A program made the position numbers and the translations under genes. A model generated the notes under the pieces. That model ran no database searches. It was given only the letters and a program-made list of their open reading frames with translations, and had not been told where the DNA came from. DNA of 64,000 nucleotides from Anthoceros angustus (lineage: Eukaryota > Plantae > Anthocerotophyta): contig MU008162.1 in the NCBI GenBank assembly GCA_010909165.1, positions 2,046,001 to 2,110,000 of the forward strand, written 5' to 3'. Shown piece after piece: positions 37,354 through 49,209 of this stretch (positions are counted from its first letter, which is position 1; the number at the start of each line of letters is the position of its first letter).

Positions 37354-40300
37354 ATGGATCCGAGAAAGTTAAAGCGAGAACTGCTTGACTTGGAGGCAGC
37401 CATGAAAGAGGACCAGGAGGCCCTGCAAATGATTGATCAGAGAGAGCACGCTATGAAGGAAAGGGAGGATGCTTTCCGGGAGCTGCAAGAGAGGGAGGCT
37501 GCGTTGAAGCAGAGGGAGGACGCTTTGCAAGAGTTGCGGCTGAGGGAAGAGGCTTTGAAACAGAGGGAAGACGCATTGCGGCAGCTTCGGGAAAGGGAGG
37601 AGGCTCTGAAGCAGAGGGAGGATGCCGCGCTCGTTGAATTGCGACGTAGGGAGGCGGCTGTGAAACAAAGGGAGGAGGAATTAATGGGCAGAGGAGCAAC
37701 AACAGCAAGCCGAGAAAGAGGTCGGGCTGTCCCTGAGTTCGTGCCTCAGCACATAGCCTTGTCTCCTCCTCCTTCTGCCAGTTCCTTTGGACAGGATAGT
37801 GGCTATGAAAGGATCTCTGAAGACAGGTACCGGATTCGATTATGTTGGAATATGCAGTGGTAGAGGTCTTTGTTCTGCACCCATGTTATCTATTGGTTGC
37901 TCTCTGCCACCACAGAGAGAGCATGGAGAGTGAGGAGGACTACAACTATGCCTCTGAGAGACCAGACATGGAGGAGGAGGAATACACATCTGCTGATGGC
38001 AGTGATGAGGATTTTGATGAGGAAACCATGTACGACAACAACTCTGGAGGCGATGACTTTGAAACAGACGCCCCAACCTCACCTGATGGTGAAGAGTCTG
38101 AAGAATTGGAGGAGGAATCTCGGAAACCTCTTACAGCAGCACAGAGAAGATGGAGGAGGGCCTACTTCTTGATAAGGAAGCATCTGGTAGGCTACATTGT
38201 CGTTTCTGCATCTTCCACAGCTTCCATGATTCAGGTTCCACAGCCTCCCTACATTTGCAGGCTATTACAAAACATGGCATGCGTACTACGATTGGCACAG
38301 GAGCAGAAATGGAGGGTTTTGCTCTAGGCTTTGTGCCAGCGAAACATCCTGTGCGGATGAAAGTCTTTGCTTTCTTGTATCACCAGTATCCACACCCGGC
38401 AGTGGGGGTTTATTTTTGGCGCGTACATGTTTAGCTTCTCGGGACTTCGGAGGGTCTACTCTCCTTTACCTCTTATCTGCAGACGCACTGAGTACTGTCT
38501 GGCTTTTCTCATATGCGCACACCTCATAATACTGGTTATGAAGGCACAAGTGGAGGATATTGGGATGAAGCCTAACAGATCAGCATTAGACCTTGCAGAT
38601 GCTGTGGTGACCTTTTTGTACACGTATGGTCTTCTCGCCATCTTGGCCATTGGCTTGCTTAGTTACTGTGATGAAAAAGGTTGGCTGAGCATACTGAACC
38701 CAACTGTTTCAGCGTTGAGATGCTTCTGCGTATTCTGTGCTTGGGCTTTGCTCGGGGTGAGCACACGTTTCTCAAGAACAGCTACAACAAGCTTGATTTT
38801 GTCATCGTCTTCGACTCCTGGTAAGCTTGTGTACTGCTTAGTTGCTCACATTTGATTTCCAACAGGTGATATTATTAACATTATAATTTCAATACCTTTC
38901 CTGTGTTTGATGAGGTGTGAGGCTGCTAAGTCTAGTCTCTCTTGTGTGACTCGTAGGATACATCTTCTAGTCAAACTTATTACCAAGAAGGACACTTTTG
39001 CCCGAATTGCAGTATTTCGTGCTTTCCGAGTCTTGCCGATTCTGCGGTCATTCTCTTTCTTTGGAAATCTCTTAGTATGTGGTCAATGTTGCTATCTTAT
39101 GCAGTCGTTTTCTACCCTCACAACTCCTGCACAGCAAAAGAGACTTGATTCCACATATTGCTTGTATTTCAGGCAATATTAGAAGCCAGCAGGCGTTGCA
39201 TTGCTCCACTCAATAATGTTATCATCCTCACATTCTTCATTCTCTCCTTTTATGGCCTCGTGGGTGTTCAAACCTTTGGAGGGTCCCTAAGCCGCAGGTA
39301 GAATGTCACAACTTGCTCTTATGCTTCATGCTCAAGATCTTGGTCAGTAAGAATGGTGTCTTCATAATAGCAAAGGGGAAAGTCTGTACGTCTGTTAGAA
39401 GTTTTGCGTCATGTATGTAAGGTAATGAGACTCGTTCCAAAGACCACCTCCTTGTCTTCATGAAAACCATCCGTACTTTGTCCTTCTCAAACTTGATTTC
39501 ACAGGTGTGTAAGTTTTTATCCCTTATCCAACACCACTTTCCAAGAGCAGTTTCCTGAAAAATCCTGCGGAATCGGAAAGGGTTATCAGTGTCCTGATCA
39601 ACAAGTCTGCGAGGTGACCCAGGATCTTCCGTCCTTGCATTCAATATGCCTCTGTTTGATGTACATAAACGAAATCATCATGCCCAAGCAGTTTCATTGA
39701 ATTATTATTACTCATATATGAATCATAGTTTCTGGAAAATCCAAACTGGGGAGCAATGAACTTCGATAGTTTTCCGTATGCCATTTTGACGATGTTCCAA
39801 GTATGGAGTTTTGAAAATTCATAAGTTAACTGGAAAGAAATAAAAGAATATGCAAATTGGATATAATATAATTAATTTCTTATGTATTAAATAACAGGTT
39901 ATAACTTTTGCTGGTTGGAGTACTATTATGTATTCCGTGGAGGATGCAGAATCTCAAGCATCATGTGTATATCTGTGTATTCTATATATATTATTAAATA
40001 TATTTAAATATAAATATTTAATAATTTTTAATTGCAGCTGTATATTTCATCACTTTATGTGTGTTTTGGAAGCTATTTTCTAGTTAGTGTTTTCGTAGCA
40101 GCAATAAGCGGTGTTTTTCTAAGAGTTCAAGAGAGCACCGGTTACATGTATTGATTGAAATAAATTTAATTATGGATTTATTTTAAATATAATTTATATA
40201 AATAGACAGTATTTTCATTCCAATCAGATTCTTATAAAAAGACATCGGCAAGTTACACAATCCTCTCTTCACAGCTCTAAAGTGATGGAAAAGGTTTACA

Positions 40301-43300
40301 AGGAAATAGGATATGATGCTAGTGAAAGACCTTCTTGGCAAGGGCAACTACATAGGAAATCAATCAACGTCGTGAAAACAGCACATCGACGGACATTGAA
40401 GATATTCCGATCTTTTTCAGTTGTAGTGCTTGGTCGAAGAAAAATAAGTTTTGCAAATAATGTTCAAACATCTTTACCGTTGGGACCCTTCTCAATTAGC
40501 TACACTGTGGCTGACAGAGCCAAAGCTTTAGTGCTCGGTCCTACTTTCATATATGGCGCTCAGATTATGATAACTATGAATGTGTGTATACTTTGTTTAT
40601 ATCACGAAGGAATGTCTGATGAGTTTCATGATTTGTTATGTATCCATAAAAGTTTTTTTCATGTTAAATGTAGACAAGATGGAAGTTTTTACTAACACTG
40701 TGAGTTCCTTAATAACAAAAGATGTTTTGGAAGCAATAATGCTTTTAGCCTTTATCATAGAAATGTGCTTACGGTTCATTGCAGCGGGATTGAAGGAGTT
40801 TGTTGATGATGGTATTCTACTATTTATTTGATAAGTTTGTTTAAAATTGTGTTATTATTTCTAGAATCATACCCTTAATGTTTCACACTAATATTTTGTT
40901 CCAGGTATGAATATATTTGACGTTATTATAATTGTATTATCGTGTGTTTCACTAGCAACTCGTTTGTACCCAAATATCTCAGCAATTAGAGCTTTGCGTT
41001 GGTTCTACAGACCTGGAAAGACCGATGTTACAAACCGATCTATCATGGTTTGCAACTCCAGTTCCTTTTCATTAGGTTGCTAATGAGAAGAATGAACGAT
41101 ATAAGTTCAATCAATCATAGAGGCTCTACAAGCTCTATAAAGTGTCATCCTTGGAATGCATATGTATCAAACAAACAAAAAAACATCGGAATGAAATAAT
41201 ATTTCTTCAATAATAAATATATGATATTTATGAGCTCCTCCACTTACTTAAGCTTTGTTGCGCAGACCGATTGTATTAGAAGTTTGGGAGCGTTGTCCAG
41301 CTTGATATTCTTCTATTGCCTGATCATTTTTATATATGCCATTATTAGTATGGAACTTTGGGGTGGTGAGTTTTATAATTTTGATGACGGTTATCCAAGA
41401 CAAAACTATGATACTATATTTAGAGCAATGCTCTCTTGGTTCATAATTACCACAGCAGAGAGTTGGCCATGGACTATGGGTAATTCAATGCGACCTGGAG
41501 TAAGGAATAAGTAAATGACACAACATAGATATAATACGTTAACTATCAAATAATTATATTGATGCAAGGATTATCACACTATGTGTTTGCCAATCTTTTT
41601 TGTCATCCAAATACAAGACCCATATCCTTTGCAGATGGACAGCACCAATTCTGTTTGTGTTCTACTTCGGATTCACAGTATATGTAATTCTCAATTTGAT
41701 CATAGCAATTATATTAGAAAAGAGTGAGATGACAGATCGCCAGAAAAAACATATACAAAAGGTTTGACTATGAAACCTAGTCTGGTGTACTTATCATTCT
41801 TACTTTGAGGTTTTACAGGTCTTATTTCCTATAGGCCAGATAACCAGTTCTAATTCTAGCACTCTCGTTTAGGAAAGTTAAATATATTATATCTTTTGTT
41901 CATCTTAAAACTTACTATTACCTCAAATAACCAAATAAAACTCTACCACTCTTGGCAGACCGAACACTTGAAAGCCTTGCGGAAGAAACAAGCGCAATCG
42001 TGCTACACAAATAGACGAGGCAGCTGGTTTGTAGATGCAATGTCCACTGCTCACGCTGGTGTGAAGGGCATAGCAAGGAAAATAAATTCATCAATGAGGG
42101 TGAGCCAGATTTACATCCCAGGACGTTTATCTATGCTGGCCTATCGTGGGCGAAAAGGCCGAGCAGACACCAGGAATCCCGACTCTGGCAATGGGCTTGC
42201 TGGCGAAACCTCGCAAACATCCATGCCTTCATCTTCGTTGAACGATCACACCCATCATGCCCATGGTCTACCACATCATGCTAATTTACGCCGTCGTTCC
42301 ACCCAGCGAGGATATCAGCTGCTTCACCAAACAGGCTTCCGAGGCAGCTTAGGGAGGGAAGGAAGTATAAGGCCTACTGCATTGGAGAGCTCAGTGTTGG
42401 CCTTGATGGAGGAGCAAGAATCTGGCTACAAGCCAGAGCCTAGTGGTACACTCCAATCCTCTGGGGATATGGCAGGGTCTGGTGATGACAGAAGTAGAAC
42501 TCGGACTTCTTTTCGTCTTGCTGACTTCGAGGAATTCGAAAGCACAAGTGCTCGAACCAAGGCCCCCTGGTACATCACGGATTCAGCTCTGTTTCTATTC
42601 GGGAGTGAGAACAAATTTCGAGTTGTTTGTCAGAGGCTCATGGATAGCAAATGGTATAGAAGATTCATATTCTTTATGGTCTTCGTGAGCATTGTAGCAA
42701 CGGTTGAAACCAACCCCCAGGGAAAGCCAATTGTGGCTCCGATTATCATTGACAGCGCCAACAAGGCTGTCTTAGTGGTTAGTGCTTCTCTGGGACGGCG
42801 GTGTACATGCTATCAGTATGCTTGAGGGTCGAAGCAACATGTAAGTATCCCTTTGCCTTGCAGGTGTTTGGACTGGACATAGTCTGCAAAAGCGTAAGCT
42901 ATGGGTTCCTGCTGACTCCGGATGCCTATCTGGGAGATGCCTATAATTTTTTGGATCTGTTCAACTTTGTAGTTGATCTCTTAGCAACTCTGCCTGGCTG
43001 GTCTCAGTACTGGCTGAGAGTCCTGCGGATGCTTGTTGCCTTCCGACCTACAAGGCTTATTGTCCGAATTTCTGGTCTTCGGGATCTTGTTACATCCTTG
43101 CTTTTCACTGTTCCAGCCATCGCATCGACTCTGGCTTTTAGTCTGACTATATTTGCCATATTTGCAACAATAGGACTACAGCTCTTCAGGGGCCGGTTCA
43201 ATGCTTGCAATGACGACTCAGTCAGTAATCGCCTTGAATGTGTGGGCGTGTTTGAGAATTCATCAGGTAAGACTCTGGCACAAGTTAAGCTGGTTTGCAT

Positions 43301-45577
43301 CCCAGCTCTGATCCATCATTCTTGAAGCCTCGGGGCAGCACTCAGCTCATTGTTTTGTTGGCTGATACTGTGACTCACGCTGTAATTGTATCAGGAGTCC
43401 TTGCACCTCGTCTTTGGGAGACGCCTACTTATCATTTTGATGACATTGGCAATGCCATGCTGTCTCTTTATGTTTGCTCGACATTCGACAACTGGGTCTC
43501 CTATTTTTTGAATACAGCCATGGATATCCCCTCAGATCCAAATGACCAGCCAAGAAGAAACCACAGCTCTTTAAATGCCCTGTTTTTTGTGGCATTTGTC
43601 TTCATAGGGGGACACTTCGTTGTGCGTATGTTTGTCGGAGTGTTTGTGGATCAGTTTGGGATTGTGTCAGGCTCTAAGCTACTGACTGAGCGACAGAAGC
43701 TCTGGAGAGACAACAACCGGATAATTCAGAGGCTTTCACCAACTCGCATGCCAACTAAGCCTCGTGGAAAGCTCCGAAGTGTATGTTTTAGGATTGCTCA
43801 TTCAGTGGGTTTTGGACGGCTGATTGTGCTCCTGGTTGTCGCTAATTTCGTCTGCCTAGCCAGCCAGACATTTCATACAAACATAACACCCAGGGTTTCA
43901 GCAGTGGAGCACAGATTTATTCAAGTTGATGCAGCGTTTGTGTTTGTGTTTTCCATGGAACTTGCAATCAAGCTACTTGGCTCTAAGGTAAGGCTTGTTC
44001 TCTGTTTCCTCAGATTGGTGCTACACGGACAGGTTTACTTCCTCCTAACACGTTGCACCTGCTTTGGTATGACGGTGGGCAGTTCCATGACTGGTGTGTA
44101 AACTTCTGGAACTTCTATGAAGGGATCATAGTTATCGGTTCAGCATTTTGCATCTTTCCTGCTAGAGGAACCACCAGGCTCAAAGTGGGGCGTGTGTTTT
44201 TTCTCGTCCGAATATTTCGGATCATCCGATACATCCCTCCACTCCACGCACTGGTCCAGACTGTGTTTGTGAGTTTGCCTTCAATGGTCCACATCATAAG
44301 TCTGCTCTTGATTATTCTTTTCGAGTTTGCTGGAGTCGGAGTCCAGATGTTCTCCCATGTCACGGATGGAGCTTGCATCGGTCCCCACATGAATTTCAGG
44401 ACATTCGTGAATGCATTTGTGGTTGTGTTCCAGGTTCGATCTCTCATCCTGCCTAACAACTCATCTTCTTGCTCTAATATTCTACCTCGAAGCCAGATGT
44501 GACGACCTTGGTGCCTGCCAGTGTCCCGTCACTCCTAACAAACCATTTGCTGCCAGGTTGCCACAGCTGATAACTGGTCTTGCATTATGAACGATTGTCG
44601 AGTACAGTACCCGTCATGTGCCAAGAGCAGTAATCTGACTCAAGACGAATGCGGTTTCTCAGCAGGAGCTCTCGTCTACTTTATTTTCCTGGTGGCCTCA
44701 ACTACATGGATCTGCACAAACTTGTTTGTAGCTGAGATCCTGGATACCATCACCTTTGGATTATTGAATGAAGAAGCCATGATCACTCCCAGCCATCTGC
44801 TCGACTTTCAGACGCTGTGGGCCCACAGTGAATTCGACCCGAAGTATGATTTCCACCAAACATTGGGTCTTGCATCTGCCCTGTCAGTGCTGGGTATCCA
44901 TCCATTCTTGTATGCCATCTTCTCGGGGCTCCCTGTGCAGGAGGAAGGGGTTCATTGGGCTTCACAAACTTCGAACTTTCTTGAATTGCCTGGGCCTGCC
45001 CTTGGGCCGAAGGCCAAATGCTCCTGCCAAGTGGTAAGATTCATGTCACCTTATCATCCTCCGTTCAAACCTGATTCAGTATGGATGCTCAGAAATGCTT
45101 CCTGGTATCAGGTATACAAGGATCGAGTACGAGGTCATGAGTTTTCACCAACGGGGCAAGGGCGTTCCATTCAAGCAGTTGCTGGAAACACTCACCCTGT
45201 ACAAGATCGGGGCACAGGTATTGACAATTGCAAATGCAGTAATCCTAAAGCCACATTAACCGAAACACAAGCTTGTTAGAATACTATGAGGGGCTGGCAA
45301 ATAAATGCAGGGCCTGGAGCTTGCCTTGCGGATAGAAAGGGAGAAACAGATACAGCATGTGTACAGGCACGGAGCTGCCACGAAAATTCAAGCAGCGATC
45401 AGAGGGTTCATCGTGAGGGCCAGGTTGAAGAAGTTGGAGGAGACCAACGCGGAAATCGATCCTGCAGCCTTGGATGCTGGACAAAAATTAGATCCGGATT
45501 CTGAGTTCACTTTCAGGATAAAGAACATGTTGGATCTCAAACTGGAGATTTTCATGCTCAAGACATTGTGGTTCTAA
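37354..45577 (+). CDS. Four-domain voltage-gated cation channel alpha subunit (Cav/Nav superfamily), multi-exon
   Basis: Four S1-S6 repeats with S4 segments (FRAFRVLPILR; AIRALRWFYR; LRVLRMLVAFRPTRLIVR; KVGRVFFLVRIFRIIR). Four pore loops (FQ|VITFAGW, FIITTAESW, YVCSTFDNW, FQ|VATADNW). DIII-IV linker LLTERQKLW, EF-like C-terminus FQTLWAHSEFDPK and IQ motif IQAAIRGFIVR. GT-AG introns. Confidence 0.93.
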
Positions 45578-45729
45578 CTTCTAAGCTCTTTCAGGTTCTC
45601 CATGAAGTCGCTTGCTTGTACAAGTCAAGACTGTCCCTCTTACAACTTCTTCATTCACCAGCGTGCCGAAGAAACCCACCAGCTTAGATACTCAAGGCAG
45701 ACTTGGGCATATCCACATCCCTGAGTGCT

Positions 45730-46362
45730 ATGGCGTCTGCCCAGTTGCTTCCCGGACGAACCCTGCATAGCCCTGGGCTAGTCCTGCGTCGGCTGCCTTC
45801 TATTCCTCGGTTACGTCCGGTGGCTGGACGGTTTAGGCGTCTTGAGGGACCCAGCACAGTCTTCGTGAAGGCCTGCAGCGATGCCGGGAATCCGTCTTCC
45901 AGCGCTGTTCCGGGGCCGGGATTTGAGGACCCCAACAAGGAGGTTGCGACACCCGCCTGGAAGAGGTGGCAGAGCAATGCAGCGGACATGAGGGCGCAGG
46001 TGGCCAAGCTTGGCCTGGCTGCGGTGCTAGCTTACGGCCTCTTCGATGGTGTCACCTACACCACCTTCTTCTTCCTGGCCTTCCTGGGCTACGAGAAGAG
46101 CACTGGGAACAACCCGGCTGCCAACATCCAGGCCCTGCTCGGGATCGTCATCACCATGTGGGCCGGCAACAATGTGACCAGACCCTTCCGGGTGGCTGGA
46201 GCAGCTGCCATTGCTCCAGTTGTTGACAGGTTCTTGAAGAAAGTGCAGAAGGTGCTGAAGCTGCCGAACCAAGCCTTCGCTTTCATGCTGGTGGTGGCTT
46301 CTTTCGCCTTCCTCTGCTTCTCGCTGGTTGGCCTTCTAATCCTGTCACGTTGGGGAAGATGA
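45730..46362 (+). CDS. Single-exon putative plastid-targeted membrane protein (DUF1279/FAM210-like)
   Basis: Arg/Ser-rich transit-like N-terminus followed by conserved-looking LGLAAVLAYGLFDGVTY...WAGNNVTRPFRVAGAAAIAP and a hydrophobic C-terminus. Confidence 0.75.
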   Translation: MASAQLLPGRTLHSPGLVLRRLPSIPRLRPVAGRFRRLEGPSTVFVKACSDAGNPSSSAVPGPGFEDPNKEVATPAWKRWQSNAADMRAQVAKLGLAAVLAYGLFDGVTYTTFFFLAFLGYEKSTGNNPAANIQALLGIVITMWAGNNVTRPFRVAGAAAIAPVVDRFLKKVQKVLKLPNQAFAFMLVVASFAFLCFSLVGLLILSRWGR

Positions 46363-46940
46363 CATCCTTCCTTTTCAACAGTCCTTTTGGCGTAAGTTTC
46401 TTCTGGACTGGCATCACAGTCAAGCAAATTCAGGTGCGGGGTTTCAGGGTGAAGGCTGCCTCAGAGTTGTTTTTGCCCTCGAATGTATTATGTTGCCTAA
46501 CAAAGATTGTTGGGTCATCCCACTCCTGCCCGCAGCTTTGCTTTGTCCTTCTTGGATGTCCCAGGTGTTCTTGTCTCTGCTGCAAACGACTTGGCAAGCG
46601 TTGAATCACTATGTCGATGCATGTCCAGTGGAACTAGTCTAATGATTTTCTAAAGCAGTGCAAAAGCTTTGGGGCTAGACCATAATCAACAGTATGGGGA
46701 AGATTCGGTTTATCTAACAGGACCCCTCACTGCAAACCTCTTTCCCTTGGCTTTCCACCCGAGATTCATGAGCAATCTTGTACTAATTACATCTCAACAG
46801 GTAGAGGAAGGGCAAGCGTTGTAACCAGCTGGTGCCGTTCGCAGACGAGCAAGATGTTGCACTTACAGTATATGCATCTGTACAGGAGAGGAATGGAAGA
46901 GGAAAATCTTTGGACAGATCAATGCTTCGGGGCAAGCAAA

Positions 46941-49209
46941 CTACGATTCGGGATCTGCTCTTCCACCAAACAGCTTTACGCAGGATGTCGGTGTCAACTG
47001 CTCCACACACGCAGGGCAGTCTTCCCTCACACTTCTAAAAGAGAAGTAGGCAAAAAGTTCCTCAGGAAGGCCCTCTTCGTCAGCGGATAGGGAGCCCTGG
47101 GATTCAGAAACTTCTATGTGAAGCCTCTGCCGGCCAAGTTGCTTGAGCATGTGCCCTGCTGCAAACGCCGGTGAACCTTCCACCCAGAAATACTTCAAAT
47201 CCGGCCCTGCTTGAGAGAAGGCCTTGGCCACACCCTCAGCAGTGAAGGGACAATGCCGGAACTCGAGCCGTCTAAGACTGCGGCACCCCCGAAGCAGATC
47301 CTTCAACCCATCGTCGTCGTCCCCAGCGCAAACCAGACATATCCATTTCAGCGTCGACCCACCATTCTCCCCGATATGCCGCAGCCCAACATTTGTCAAA
47401 CTGCCTGCCCTCATCGCCAGCGCCAGCTTAGTGAGCGCCCTACACCTTTGCATAATGTACAGAATGCCCTCGTCTATGGGAACAAGCTGCGAGTGGTCCA
47501 CCTTCTGGACTATGATCAACCGCAAGTCGTTCAACTTCCTGCAGTTCTCCCCCAAAGCCTTCAACGCATCATTGGACAACTTCGCAGCATAAACAGTGAG
47601 AAACTCCAGCTCGGAGCACCCTCTAGCCAACGCTGTTATCCCCTCCTGCGTGACCTCGTTCTCAGCATCCTCATCCACGTCCAACCTCTCCACCCTAAGC
47701 TTCTTCAACGACTTGCAATGCGCAGCAATCACCCGAAGCCCAGCATCCCCAATCATAGGCCTCACCTGGAGAGCAAGAAACAACAACCACATCCTGTCAG
47801 CCAAACTCCAAGGCACCACACCACATCACCATCCTCCACATCCTTCCTCACCTCAAGCGCCTCCAGGTGCTTGCAATGCGCAATGAGCTCCATCACACTC
47901 TCCCGACTGAGATCAGCCAACTTCAAGTCCAGGTTCCTGAGCGTCCCACTCAACGGCAGCAGCATGGGCAGATGAACATCCGCAGCATCGTACAACCCGG
48001 ACAGCGACACTAGCCTGTCAGGCAACAGCCGCCCAAACCTCCCGGCCTCATCTTCTGGAAACAACCCCGTCCCAAGCTCCCTTAGCGCAGGAGCCCTAGC
48101 CAAAACCTCCCAACACGCATCCTGCTGCTTCCACACCCCCAACCTCAAGCTCCTCAACCCACGGCAAGACCGAACAAGCACCCCCAAGTCCTCCATCTCC
48201 GGCCCCTTCGCGTCCGGTTCTTCATCATCCCCAACCCCTTCTGGGTCAGGATCCGGCAGCAGCAGCTCCTCCAAACGCGGGTTGTTTCCCGCCAGCACTT
48301 TGAGCCAGTCCCCCCGCATATCGTCCATCCGGCTGCTGGCCATGTCCAGCGTCCTGAGCGACCTGCCATGCATCCGCCACTCCAGCCCCCGTCACCCACA
48401 GCACCAACTCCGAGCGACCCAATTTACCCAATTCCAACCCAATTACGAGCAACCCAAGTCCTAGCAACCCATTTCCAACCCAACTCCGAGCAACCCAAAC
48501 AACGAGCAACCCAGCTCCACACAACCCAAATCCTAGCAACCCATTTCCAAGCCAACTCCCGGCAACGCAATTCCCGAGCAACCCAACTCCGAGCAACACA
48601 TTTCCAATCCAACTCCGAGGAACCCAAGTCCAAGCACCCCAATTTCCGCCATCCCTCGACTCGACCTGATTGAAGCCTACCTGCAGGAGTGGGCGAGCAT
48701 GAGGAGGCCGTGCGCGGAGAAGCCATCGCACTTGTCCAGCACGAGGCGCTGGAGGGCGCGGCCGCATCCGGCCGCGAGGGTCTCCAAATCCGCGTCGTTC
48801 ACGACTGCCCGCTTGAGGTAGAGCGACTCGAGGGCGGGGTACTTGGCGGCGATCGCGCAGATCCAGTCCCGGCGCGGCCGCCCCAGTCGGCGGCCAGCTG
48901 CTGGAACTCCATGGCGCGCGGACGGCACTTGAGCTTGATGCGCTTGAGGCTGTGGAACCTGCGGGTGAGCCGGTCCGGGTACGCGGCGTAGCAGTTGGCC
49001 ACCGTGACCTCGGCCCGCATCCGGCCGTCCACGAAGCACCAGCGCGAGCAAACCTCCGAGGCCGCGTGCAGCGCCTGCACGTCCGATTCCAAGTACCGGA
49101 AAATGGACTCCAGCAGCGGCCCGCGCAGCACCTCGTCCATGGCCCCCTCGCCCTCCTCGGCCTCGTCGCCCTGCGGCAGGGAGAGCAGCATCCGCTTGGA
49201 GCTGGCCAT
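46941..49209 (-). CDS. COI1-like (TIR1/COI1 family) F-box/LRR protein; 3 exons (49209-48681, 48362-47852, 47765-46941) with one 1-bp frameshift at ~48869
   Basis: F-box LLESIFRYL..ASEVCSRW; TVANCYA; LKCRPRAMEF..WGG; LVLDKCDGFS; LRVER; DLRL; LEFRHC; YFWVEG; ELFAYFSF..REDCP. Intron positions match the family. Confidence 0.88.
48385..48640. repeat. Imperfect tandem repeat inside intron 1 of the COI1-like gene
   Basis: Recurring gagcaaccca / ctagcaacccatttccaa / caactccgag units. Confidence 0.8.

Noticed and set aside
37354-45577. Two-pore channel TPC1 or CatSper assignment
   Set aside because: Four pore loops in one gene and a C-terminal IQ motif; TPC has two domains and CatSper subunits have one.
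48860-48880. Programmed frameshift or pseudogenisation of the COI1-like gene
   Set aside because: One missing G in a G-run restores WGGRAGDWI; a homopolymer sequencing error is the simplest explanation.
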